Made by a program: the position numbers and the translations under genes
The notes under the pieces: generated by a model
Seen by the model: only the letters and a program-made list of their open reading frames with translations
Database searches by the model: none
Told to the model about the DNA's origin: nothing
DNA from: Octopus bimaculoides
Taxonomy: Eukaryota
DNA: 64,000 bases
Assembly: GCF_001194135.2 (NCBI RefSeq)
Contig: NC_068989.1
Span: forward strand, 58,783,478-58,847,477
Direction: 5' to 3'
In this document: positions 50,638 to 62,250 of the stretch, piece after piece
Layout of the letters: every line of letters starts with the position of its first letter
How positions within the stretch are numbered: position 1 is the stretch's first letter

Positions 50638-51631
50638 NNNNNNNNNNNNNNNNNNNNNNNNNNNNNNNNNNNNNNNNNNNNNNNNNNNNNNNNNNNNNNN
50701 NNNNNNNNNNNNNNNNNNNNNNNNNNNNNNNNNNNNNNNNNNNNNNNNNNNNNNNNNNNNNNNNNNNNNNNNNNNNNNNNNNNNNNNNNNNNNNNNNNNN
50801 NNNNNNNNNNNNNNNNNNNNNNNNNNNNNNNNNNNNNNNNNNNNNNNNNNNNNNNNNNNNNNNNNNNNNNNNNNNNNNNNNNNNNNNNNNNNNNNNNNNN
50901 NNNNNNNNNNNNNNNNNNNNNNNNNNNNNNNNNNNNNNNNNNNNNNNNNNNNNNNNNNNNNNNNNNNNNNNNNNNNNNNNNNNNNNNNNNNNNNNNNNNN
51001 NNNNNNNNNNNNNNNNNNNNNNNNNNNNNNNNNNNNNNNNNNNNNNNNNNNNNNNNNNNNNNNNNNNNNNNNNNNNNNNNNNNNNNNNNNNNNNNNNNNN
51101 NNNNNNNNNNNNNNNNNNNNNNNNNNNNNNNNNNNNNNNNNNNNNNNNNNNNNNNNNNNNNNNNNNNNNNNNNNNNNNNNNNNNNNNNNNNNNNNNNNNN
51201 NNNNNNNNNNNNNNNNNNNNNNNNNNNNNNNNNNNNNNNNNNNNNNNNNNNNNNNNNNNNNNNNNNNNNNNNNNNNNNNNNNNNNNNNNNNNNNNNNNNN
51301 NNNNNNNNNNNNNNNNNNNNNNNNNNNNNNNNNNNNNNNNNNNNNNNNNNNNNNNNNNNNNNNNNNNNNNNNNNNNNNNNNNNNNNNNNNNNNNNNNNNN
51401 NNNNNNNNNNNNNNNNNNNNNNNNNNNNNNNNNNNNNNNNNNNNNNNNNNNNNNNNNNNNNNNNNNNNNNNNNNNNNNNNNNNNNNNNNNNNNNNNNNNN
51501 NNNNNNNNNNNNNNNNNNNNNNNNNNNNNNNNNNNNNNNNNNNNNNNNNNNNNNNNNNNNNNNNNNNNNNNNNNNNNNNNNNNNNNNNNNNNNNNNNNNN
51601 NNNNNNNNNNNNNNNNNNNNNNNNNNNNNNN

Positions 51632-52632
51632 AAGTATGCTGGTAGCAGCCCACTTTATTTTTTAACGTCGGGGGTTCTCCCCTCCAGTGCCACTCCACTG
51701 TCCACCTCTGGCCATCGAAGGCGGCACGAAAATCCTGGTCTTCAATAGTGTGCGCGGCATAGTTTACTTCGCGGTTCTCACCAATGCACGGCGTCGCCAT
51801 ACACGGTTTCCCCGCGACCCCGAAAGTCACACCAGCCTCGTTGACAGTGACACCTCCTAAACGGGTGATTGCATCCATCCCCATCACCACGTCAATCTCA
51901 TCCACCAAGTGGCCAACTACAATTGCTTGCAGCGTCAGCTTTGCTCCCTGCACCTCAATCTGAACGTCAATAATGCCTTCACAGCGGACTTCTCTTCCGT
52001 CGACTGCCCTCACACTGCTTTCTCCACTCCACGTCTCTACCACTCTCGGAGTCATCAGGGTCGTTGTACAGCCTGTGTCCACGAGGGCACGCGACATCTT
52101 CCCATCCACCAGCACATCAACAGCGGGTAGAAAAAAATGCGCCTTTATTGATCCGAAGGGATGACCACTGGCGCAGTAGTTTCCCTTAGACTGTTTCCCT
52201 GCAGACATTCGCTGGCTATATGTCCCGTTTCTCGACAACGGTAGCAAATGACCTCAGGCTTGGGTAACTTGCAGTCTCGCACCATGTGCGGGCCCTGACA
52301 CCGGAAACACTGTCCTTGTTCGACCCCTCTCCGCTACTCTTTGGTCGGCCACCTTTTGCTGTTGCCGTTGCTGCCAACGGAGTCGATCTACAACACGAAA
52401 CTAACATGCGAGCCCGCGTTGTTATATCTGCCATGGGCATGGCGTTCACGTCCGGCAGTTTCTGCAATTCGACCGACATGTGGTCAGGAAAACCAGTCAC
52501 AAACGCCAACTTTACTGTTCGATCCAGCGATTCTCCCTCGTACCCCGCCAGTGTAGCCAACCTCCTAAGTTCGTTGGCAAACACGTCGACCTGTTCGCCA
52601 GTCCACTTCGCTCTCCCCAGGCGAGCGTACGC
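51632..52632 (-). pseudogene. Gypsy gag C-terminus and aspartic protease
   Basis: Gag ..ELRRLATLAG..KLAFVTGFPD.. with zinc knuckles CFRCQGPHMVRDC and CYRCRETGHIASEC; protease ALVDTGCTTTL..DVVMGMDAI. Confidence 0.88.
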
Positions 52633-53173
52633 NNNNNNNNNNNNNNNNNNNNNNNNNNNNNNNNNNNNNNNNNNNNNNNNNNNNNNNNNNNNNNNNNNNN
52701 NNNNNNNNNNNNNNNNNNNNNNNNNNNNNNNNNNNNNNNNNNNNNNNNNNNNNNNNNNNNNNNNNNNNNNNNNNNNNNNNNNNNNNNNNNNNNNNNNNNN
52801 NNNNNNNNNNNNNNNNNNNNNNNNNNNNNNNNNNNNNNNNNNNNNNNNNNNNNNNNNNNNNNNNNNNNNNNNNNNNNNNNNNNNNNNNNNNNNNNNNNNN
52901 NNNNNNNNNNNNNNNNNNNNNNNNNNNNNNNNNNNNNNNNNNNNNNNNNNNNNNNNNNNNNNNNNNNNNNNNNNNNNNNNNNNNNNNNNNNNNNNNNNNN
53001 NNNNNNNNNNNNNNNNNNNNNNNNNNNNNNNNNNNNNNNNNNNNNNNNNNNNNNNNNNNNNNNNNNNNNNNNNNNNNNNNNNNNNNNNNNNNNNNNNNNN
53101 NNNNNNNNNNNNNNNNNNNNNNNNNNNNNNNNNNNNNNNNNNNNNNNNNNNNNNNNNNNNNNNNNNNNNNNNN

Positions 53174-53331
53174 GTCTGACCCTTCCGGTCTGACCCTTCC
53201 GGTCTGACCCTTCCGGTCTGACCCTTCCGGTCTGACCCTTCCGGTCTGACCCTTCCGGTCTGGCTTCACTTCTGTTTGCCTCATCCCTCTCCACCAACAA
53301 CACACAGCTCATCACAGCCCATAACACCACA
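53174..53331 (-). repeat. 5' LTR (partial; remainder in gap) with expanded 14-bp tandem repeat
   Basis: Six copies of gtctgacccttccg at 53174-53257, then sequence shared with the 3' LTR. Confidence 0.9.
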
Positions 53332-55019
53332 GAATTGAATTCACGATGTGTAACGATAACATTCGATATGCATCTGTTCCCTTTTTGATACAGTATGTAT
53401 TCGAGTTTTATAATTATATGTCCCCAGCAGTTTCCACTGAAGATCCACAGATGATTGGAACGTATAATTATAAATCTCGAATACATACCGTAAAACAAAG
53501 GGGATACGTGCATATCGAATGTTATCGATATATATCGTGAATTCGACTAAAAATGTCCTCAAGCAACGTGCCAAGTCCGAATAAAGCAGCAGTGAATTAT
53601 CTGACCCAAGAATTAAAATATTTAAATATAAATATAAAGGGTAAAAATTATTAAAAATAATAATTTTGACCAGTGACCAGCATATGTAAAAGAAATACCC
53701 ATAGACCATAAATATTTTTATAATATATATGTGTGTATAAAATTACACACGAAGGGAAGAACCACTAAGTAGTCTTCCTACATGCTGAAAAGAGATGTCA
53801 AATCTGCAAACCACGAAAAAACACTTATTTTATGCACGTTGAATGTAGGCGGGCCGGATAATTTGAAACAATTAAAAGGAGCAGTTATTTCTATTCATCC
53901 AAAGTTTCGCCATTAGCGATTAAATTAATCAATTAATTAACTAATTAATTAATCAATGAATCAATCATCTATGAATCTTCAATAGAAACTTCTGGGGACA
54001 TATAATTATAAAACTCGAATACATACCGTATCACAAAGGAGACATATACATATCGAATGTTATCGTTATACATCGTGAATTCAATTCAAATGTTCTCAAG
54101 CAACGTGCCAAGCCCGAATAAAGCAGCAGTGAATTACCTGACCCAAGAATTAAAATATTTGAATATAAATATAAAGGGTAAACATTGTTTAAAGTAATAA
54201 TTTTTACCAGCGGCCAGCATATGTAAAAAATGTCCGTAGACCATAAATATTTAATCGTTAATGGTGAAACTTCGGAGAAGAGAAATAACAGGTCTTTTTA
54301 GTTCTTTCAAATTGTCCTGCTCATCTACATTCAACGTGCATAAATAAAAATGTTTTTTTCGTGGTTTGGGGATTTAACATCTCTTTTCAGCATGTAAGAA
54401 GACCTCTTAGTGGTTCTTCGCTTCGTGTATAATTTTATACACACGTATATNNNNNNNNNNNNNNNNNNNNNNNNNNNNNNNNNNNNNNNNNNNNNNNNNN
54501 NNNNNNNNNNNNNNNNNNNNNNNNNNNNNNNNNNNNNNNNNNNNNNNNNNNNNNNNNNNNNNNNNNNNNNNTATATATATATATATATATATGTAACTAT
54601 GTATGTATACATATGACCAGTTTCACATTTGTTAATTTTCAAAAGTGTACGTTATGAGGAATATGGAGCTATATTGCAACCTGCGTCTTTTCTGGTTGTG
54701 GTTCTAAAAATCTCTGATATTATAAAAAGATTGTGGCTCAGATCACTATCAGTTAATGTTCTGATTGATTGGTAGAAGATGTTCATGTTGAATTTATCTC
54801 TCTGTCTACCCAACTATTCAACTAAAGTAACTTTCTTTCGGTCAAATATTTCCATCAAATATTAGTTACGGACAACGATCGATTTCTACTTCTCTCTTTT
54901 AGTAAAATGTTCTCTAATATAATCATTGCAATTAACAGACCGTTAACTCCTTGGTAGTGAGGAGATTTAATTAAATTCAAAATAGCAAATTCTGCCTAAT
55001 AATATTATATGGACATTAT

Positions 55020-55230
55020 TAAGGCGCTGTGTGGTAGGGTCGTTAGCATGCCGGGCTAAATATTTAGCGACATTTCGTATTCATGTTGAGTACACATTCC
55101 GTCGAGGTCGACTATCTGTCATCCCTTCAGGGTCGTTAAAGTAAGAACCAGTTGAGTGTTGGAGTCAAGGCAATCGACTTAACCCTCTCACAAAATTGCT
55201 GGCTTTGTGCCAAAATTGGAAATCAATATC
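55020..55230 (+). mobile_element. SINE family A, old and degenerate
   Basis: cgttagcatgccgggc..attcc..cgaggtcgact..catcc.tt..gggtcg.taaa..aag.accagttg. Confidence 0.75.
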
Positions 55231-55797
55231 TGAAATTATAGTCAAAATCCAATTCACCAACGAGAAAGATTCCAAGCAAGATATTTCTTTCTGTTGCATC
55301 CAGTCATTTATAATACATTTCCTACATGAAAATATACATCATTATAAATATTTCCTACAATATACAATGAAGCACCCTTTGCTTGTAAATGAATTAAGAG
55401 TTAAATTTCTTGAAATTTTAACTACAAAATATATATTATTGAAATGCAATATTGACTTATTCTTTACATAATTCAACTTAGTGATATACTAAACACCAAT
55501 AGATAAATACGGCAAATCATATTGAATAAAAAAGAAATATATAAACGAAGGAGTTTTTTTGGAAGAGATCAATATTCATTCACAAACACACTTCAGCTAC
55601 AATCTTTTCTTTCTTCGACAGTAATTGTAACGGCTGACACTGAAGGAGCTCGTTTCATACTGTATTCATCTGGGCTCAACTGGCCTATACAGATAACGTA
55701 GGAATATCACAAATAGATTACAACTGAGGAGTTATTAAATGCATTAAGAGCATTATGCATTTGATTAGACCTATGTACACTCACTAAACTATGTGTT

Positions 55798-55834
55798 CGG
55801 TTGGATGATTTTTTAATGAATAAATGTGATTGCA

Positions 55835-55893
<59 letters not shown>

Positions 55894-56075
55894 GCACACA
55901 TTGAAATTGTCATCACTATACGAGCGGATGTATGTTTGTGTACGTGTGTATATCGGTTGGATGTGTTCTTTGTTAATGAATAAATGTGATTGCACACACG
56001 GACTCATGCACGCGCTCACACACACACCTACACACATTAAAATTGTCGTCACTATACGGGTGGATAAATGTGTGT
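55798..56075. repeat. Tandem duplication of a unit of about 156 bp containing a CA tract
   Basis: cggttggat..ttaatgaataaatgtgattgca..cacacatt.aaattgtc.tcactatacg occurs twice. Confidence 0.8.
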
Positions 56076-57206
56076 GTTGCATCTCTTTCTATATTTACCA
56101 GGTGTCAGGTATGAACTCGTTAAAGTAAGTACACTTTAATCGCCACCTAGATCCACTTCTTCAACCTTTATAGGATGAGTCCCACCTGGTTCTCCACATA
56201 GCCTTTACCAATAGAAGCAGCTGTAAAAAAAAATGTGCTATAGCATGGAATGTATATATGTAAATATAAGAAGCTTGTCTTCTATTTATTTTGCTTCACT
56301 TTGTGTTTGTAAAACTGTGCGGTAGCATTTGCACTCCGCACCGCTCTACTCTACACAGCAGCGTAGTGGGTGGTCTTTGCAAAACAAACTATATAGATAG
56401 GGCGGACAAGCAGACAAGCAGGCAGACAACTCGATACACACACATACACACACACGCACACATACACACACACACGCACACGCACACAAACTCACGCACA
56501 CAATTTAGTATGCGTGCGTGCTTGGCTCCTCCAGTAATCTTGCGACCTTGTAAAATCTTTTGTCTTTTTGTATAGTGTTGACTCCTTTTCCGCGTTACAT
56601 GTTTGTGGGGGTACAGTAATCATCAGGGAGAGGAGTTGCCGAGGGATTCGTATTGTTGAAATTATTTGACAAGAGGCGCTACTGCAACGTGTGTCTACGA
56701 GGGTGTTTGTTTACGATTTGTAGCTGTGGTATCTAGTTTAGCTCCCTAACTGACAGCGTAGCCATGGGGGTTCTAAGAAAAGAGGAAGAAAGACTTTTTT
56801 GTCAGTTTTTATCAGTTGGTCTATATTATTCGAGGTATAAACTGATGCCATCAGCCCCATTTCCATAAATTTCGAGATATGTGTGCTTCACTATTTTCTA
56901 TTTTGCCGCACATATGTTACATCTTCAGAACAATTCTTTCCTTATTCTGAAAGTATGCCTTGATTTTATCACACCACTTTTATTCTACAGCATCGTTTAA
57001 GCGAAAAAAAAAAAAAAAAAAAGTTTAAACGTACCTTACATCCTCTTAGATATTTATTTTAAAAGGAGGGTAAACTTTAAGATAGATGCAATATACTATA
57101 AAAGAACACAGCTCACTTCCTTCATCACCAAAAAATATAGTTAAAAAAAAGACATGGCGTCTTAGTTCACAACATAATGATTTGCAGAAACATTTTAATA
57201 AATTAA

Positions 57207-58545
57207 CCCTTGGCCTACCAGAGAAAATGTATGTCATTAATTACCAACTGGGTCCAATGGATCCAATATTTTTCTTTCTATTAAATTTTATTCAAACTAC
57301 CATTATTTTTTAGCTACATTATATATGCTATCAGGTGAATGAAGAATTACTTTTTCTCACTAATTTTAATAAAAGAAATATAGCTTACAGAAAAAAGTAT
57401 AAATTCAAAAATTACAGAATTACAGCTCTTCACGGCAGTGAAGGTAGACAACATTGGAATTTTCTTGGCAAACATGGATATTACAATTCTTACATGTAGT
57501 ACGAGTTTTCCTGTCTTTTTGGAGACCACTCAAAAACATCTTCCTTTTTTCTTTGGCTGAGGAATCTCAAATGAGGTTGAAGATCGTCTTCTTTTCTTGT
57601 TTGGTTGAGAAATGTTAGCGGAACTTGAAGATTGTTTGTCATGTTCTTGTTTGGCATTAACTCCAGCAAGTTCCTTTCCTAACTGAATTAGGCACTATCT
57701 TCTTTTATCCTTGAAACTTTGCAAGTGAAGCCGTTTAGCAAAAATGAATGCATTCACTGCACTTATATCAATCATATTGTAGAATATAACCATAGGCCAT
57801 CTTCGAGTCATTCTTTAGCAAGTGTATGTCCTTACCATCTTATCTAGGGTATCTACTCCTCCTTTTGTTTTGTTGTAACATGTAATAACTTCAGGTTTCT
57901 TTTCAGCACTTTTTGAATCAATTGAAGGCCGAGAGTGAATTGTAATCATAAGTGTGACCACATAATTTTTCTTGGAACAATAAGATAAGATCATAGAATC
58001 CTTTTGAAATCCAAATATTGTGCTGTTACTTTCTCTTTCTTTTCCATTTCTGAAGCACTTGGATGTTCAACTCTGTTCTTGCTAATTGTTCCAATTAAAG
58101 TAGTTTTCTTGCTAAGCATCTTTCAAGCCAATCCTAGACTTGTAAAAAATTTGTCACAAGTTATATTGCAACCAGTATTTTTAAGTTCTTTTACTAGGTA
58201 TTCAACAACTCTTGAACCTTGATTTGTCTCTCTCCCTTTTACTGGTCGTTTTCCAATGTAGATTTGCATTTTCCAGGCATAAGATGTATCACTGTCGCAT
58301 ATTGCTCAAATTTTAATTCCATACTTCTTTGGTTTTGAAGGAATATATATCCGGAATGGGCCGCGTCCTCTGAATGAAACTAACTGTTCATCAACTGTCA
58401 TGCATGAACTTGGAGCATACCCATCTTTCAAATTCTGGTTCCACATTTCAAATACTTCTCTTATGGGCTCCAATTTATCATCACTTCTCTTTTTTCTTCT
58501 TGCACTAGCATCCTCAAAACGCAATACTTGTAAAATCTGTTGAAA
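57207..58545 (-). mobile_element. piggyBac transposon remnant (3' two-thirds plus 3' terminus)
   Basis: TTAA|CCCTT terminus at 57203-57211. Transposase motifs MRF..TVDEQLVSFRGR..YIPSKPKKYGIK, TCDKFFTS, YNKTKGGVDTLDKM, RRWPM and Cys-rich tail DRKTRTTCKNCNIHVC; stops and frameshifts. Confidence 0.9.
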
Positions 58546-58609
58546 TCTTCCCTAGCTCATAATTTTATTGAACCAGATGATAAAACAAATTTATTTCACT
58601 ATAACATAT

Positions 58610-58772
58610 GTGGCTCGGGCGGGTTGTGTGGTAAAAAGCTTGCTTCCCAACCATATGGTTCCGGGTTCAGTCCCACTGCATGGCACCTTGGGCAAGTGTC
58701 ATCTACTATAGCCTCGGGCTGACCAAAGCCTTATGATTGGATATGGTAGACGGAAACTGAAAGAAGCCCGTC

Positions 58773-58818
<46 letters not shown>

Positions 58819-59001
58819 AAGAATTTACAAAAAAAACAACAACAGACGAGGACAGGTGGTGTAAACAACAAAAGGATGTATTAGTTTAACGCTCGGGAAT
58901 AGAGAAAGTCTTTAACGTTTCGAGCTACGCTCTTCAACAGAAAGAAATAAGGAGAAAAACAAGGAGAAAATATATATATGTGTGTGTGTGTGTGCGTGCG
59001 T

Positions 59002-59040
<39 letters not shown>

Positions 59041-59250
59041 TGTGTGTCTTTGTGTCTGTTTTTATCTCCCCACCATCTCTTGATAACCGATGTTGGTGTG
59101 TTTACGTCCTCGTAGCATAGCGGTTCGGCAAAAGAGATTGGTAGAATAAGTACCAGGCTTACAAAGAATAAGTTCTGGGTCGATTTGTTCGACCAAAGGC
59201 GGTGCTACAGCATGGCCGCAGTCAAGTGACTGAAAAAAATAAAAGAGGAA
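58610..59250 (+). mobile_element. CORE-type SINE family B with a nested hammerhead-like repeat
   Basis: Head 58610-58773, (TA)n, insert 58817-58970, (TA)(TG)n, tail 59050-59250. Confidence 0.9.
58817..58970 (-). mobile_element. Hammerhead-like repeat (subfamily A)
   Basis: Reverse complement of 560-729; core at 58910-58944. Confidence 0.8.
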
Positions 59251-60613
59251 AAGAATACAGTTTGTATTTAGACATAGTTTAAATTTTACATATTATTTAT
59301 AATTACATATAACTTAAAGTATATTTTTCGTATAGTGTCATAATCACCACACGCCTAATACAGGCAAAGGTTTACAGTCAGGTTTTAATTTTTTTTCAAA
59401 ATAATTCATAGAAAAATAATTCCTAACTCTACAAATGCTAAAAACTGTATTTCTCTAGGCATTAGGTTAACTATTTTTAAGAATATATATCTTCTCTTGT
59501 GCAATAATTCTGATACGATGTGAAGTGAAATTAGGCAAAACGTTTCATGGTGGAATTGATAGTCGCTCCTGTACATAAGCATTAACAAACAGTCGGATCC
59601 TGTAACGATTTCTGAATTTCAAATCAAAACCTTCATTTCTTCCACGGGGTGGGGAAGATTTTCTCATTGATAGCACCTGGGATATTCTCTGTTAGTTATT
59701 CTACATGTTCGGGTTGTTTCCGCTTTCTGCTTGAACCAGAGTAACTATATATATATTCTATATATTTCACCAAAATATTTGGCAGAATGTCACCTGATGA
59801 AATTAAGTGGTTATGTAATAATGCGAATTATGTAATGCAATCCTATATGGACTTCGTATTTGGGAATAAATCACGCTATTAAAACGCATGTTGTGATGTC
59901 TTAAATTATCCATCCCTATTTGTTTACTTAAAGATACGCCGTATCATATATACATTTGATATATATACAGATTTCTAAGATATCTGAAACCAATATATAA
60001 CTGGAATCATCTGGAATACTTTCTTTCAGAGTAATCTGTATAGCCAAGGATACGAAGAAGTGCTTCTAAGTTAATTTATGAAGAACTATTTGATCCCATC
60101 TCAGAGTGAATCATATACACGGCACCGATGAACTGAAGTAATGGCAAAATATCGATATCTGTCGTTCTTGTTTCCCTCCGAAGAGTTTCGATTTCATTGA
60201 CTTTGAAGTAATAGTATGTGTTTTTAACACCCTACGTCTTCAAAGGGACTTACCCTAAACGAAATACCACAGCCAAAAACCGTTTAAACACAGATACAAT
60301 AAGGATGTACCATCGATAATGTTTAGATTATAGAGTTGATCCTAACTAAAAATTTGTGTCTTGTTTTACTCGCGGGGCGCTGTTGCACAGCAGCACATAG
60401 ACTTTACGCTATCGGTATTACTTCGGACCGTCAAGCTTTGAGCTATACGGTGCTTGTTTTGTTTTTTTATAGCACTTTGCGTCTTTAAAAGGACTTCTCT
60501 GGATGATATACTGCAGTCAAAAAGTATGTAATATTGGTAATATATATAGCTTTCATTCAGCCTTCTTCTGGCTATTTCGTAATGTTGATCCGTTAGTTAA
60601 TCACTAGAAAAAA

Positions 60614-60770
60614 TTTTTTCTGTCTCCTTTCTTTTTCCTCTTAATCCTTTCTGTGGAAGGGTATAGGCTCGAATCGTAAAAGACTCTTCCGAGCGTTAAA
60701 CTAATACACCAGCTTGTTGTTCCGGCACCTGTCTTCGTCTTTTGTTTTCTGTAAATTTGAACAATATACA
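60614..60770 (+). mobile_element. Diverged hammerhead-like repeat
   Basis: cttt-ctgtgga-a-gggt-ata-ggctc-gaat-cgta-aaag...ccgagcgttaaactaatac..cacctgtcttcgtc; ends in a TA-rich tract. Confidence 0.65.
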
Positions 60771-61084
60771 TATATATACACATGTGTCCATATGTATATT
60801 TACGCGCGCGCACACACAGACACAGACACAGACACGCACAGACACACACACACACACACACACACCTGTGTGTATGTGCACACGCATGAATGTACATGTA
60901 TGTATTGACTAACTCCGGGTTTGTACTCATGTCTAACTAAATAAAACGTTACACTTCACACGTAAGCTACTCTTATAATCAATATTTTACGGGGCAATGG
61001 GATAGTGAAGTGATTAACTTGATTAAGTGCCAAGTGTGAAGTAAAGGTACAGGTGAAGATTTCTAGTAAAACGTTTTCTTCCCA

Positions 61085-61430
61085 GCCACATGGTTTGGAG
61101 TTCTGTCCCACTGCGTGGCATCTTGGTCAAGTGTCTTTTACTTTAGCCTCGGGCCTATCAAAGCCTTGCTAGTGTATCTGGTGGACAGATACCGAAAGAA
61201 GCTCGTCCTATATATGTGTGCAGTCTTTATGTTTTTGTCTGTATTCCGTCCCCGTTTGACAATCGGTGTCGGTTTCTTTACATCCCAGTAAATTAGCGGT
61301 TCGGGCTAAGGAACCGACAGAACAAGTACTAGGCTTTATAAAGTAAATACTAGGGTCAATTTGATATACTCTCAATGTGATATCCCAGTATGACCGCATG
61401 CCAATGACCAAAAAGTAAAAGATAAAGTAT
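61085..61430 (+). mobile_element. CORE-type SINE family B, degenerate
   Basis: cacatggtt..gtcccactgcgtggca.cttgg.caagtgtctt..tagcctcgggc..aaagccttg; tail ttagcggttcgg..aagtactaggct. Confidence 0.8.
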
Positions 61431-61699
61431 ATTGCGCTTTTCCTGCTAGGTTGTGAATTAAATTCTTGGTCAAGTCAGGGAATGTATATGCCGGTTCAAG
61501 CGGGGCGAGCAAATGACATCCGCTTGTAGTAAATTAACTAATAGAACAACGAAATGAGAAAATCTCTCCTGGAAGATTTTGAGAAAATGCTCCGTTCCAA
61601 ATTCCAAGAATGTTAACGAAAACTGCAGACACTTGAAGGCTGAACAAAGTACAGCAGCCGAAATATTGTTTGAGAGGATACTTGTTCGAATACATCAGT

Positions 61700-62250
61700 A
61701 TTTAATTGTTTCAAGGTCAGTAATTTCTGGGGAGGGAGTAAGTCGATTATATTGATTCAAGTGCTCAACTGGTACTAATTTTATCGACCCTGAAAGGCTG
61801 AAAGGCAAAGTCAACCCCCGGCGTCATTTGAGCAATAGATTAATATTGGTTTCATATTTTGGCACCAGGCTGGTGATTTACAGGGAGGGGTTAAGTCGAT
61901 TACATTGATACTAGTGCTCAACTGATACTAATTTTATCGACCCTGAAAGAATGAAAGGCAAAATCGAACTCGGTGGAATTTGAACTCAGAATGGGAAGAC
62001 GGATGAAATGCTGCTAAGCATTTTTCCCGGCGTGCTAACGATTCTGCCAGCTCGCTGCCTTTATGTCAGTATATATTAATTATTTCTAACAAGAGACGAG
62101 GCTAAAAATTTAAGGTGTGTGGGTAGGTGGAGATTAATTCTTTAAACCGAACCCAAATAACAGATACTACTTTTTATAGAGACTGGAAAGATGATAGGCA
62201 ATGTGGATCTTGGCGGGAATTGAACTCAAAACATAAAGAGCCGGAATAAA
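61700..62250 (-). mobile_element. Cluster of three SINE family A copies (about 61700-61835, 61838-62062, 62090-62250)
   Basis: Reverse complements align with 6040-6255; the third copy is highly degenerate. Confidence 0.75.

Larger units (their letters stand above)
49326..53331 (-). mobile_element. Gypsy/Ty3 LTR retrotransposon
   Basis: TG...CA termini, 5-bp TSD GAATT (49321-49325 and 53332-53336), polypurine tract AGGGGGGCG next to the 3' LTR, domain order gag-PR-(RT in gap)-RH-IN. Confidence 0.93.
48941..54450. mobile_element. Foldback/long-TIR element(s) with arms of about 500 bp, interrupted by the Gypsy insertion
   Basis: 48941-49325 plus 53332-53452 is the reverse complement of about 53971-54450. 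Partial arms at 53463-53716 (minus) and 53728-53925 (plus). Both outer ends read tatacgtgtgtataaaattatacacgaag. Confidence 0.8.

Noticed and set aside
50638-51631. Gypsy reverse transcriptase and primer-binding site calls
   Set aside because: Both would fall in N gaps (50638-51631 and 52633-53173), so they cannot be observed.
59355-59380. Possible second piggyBac TIR (caggcaaaggttta)
   Set aside because: Only partial similarity, no TTAA, and no transposase N-terminus between it and 58545.
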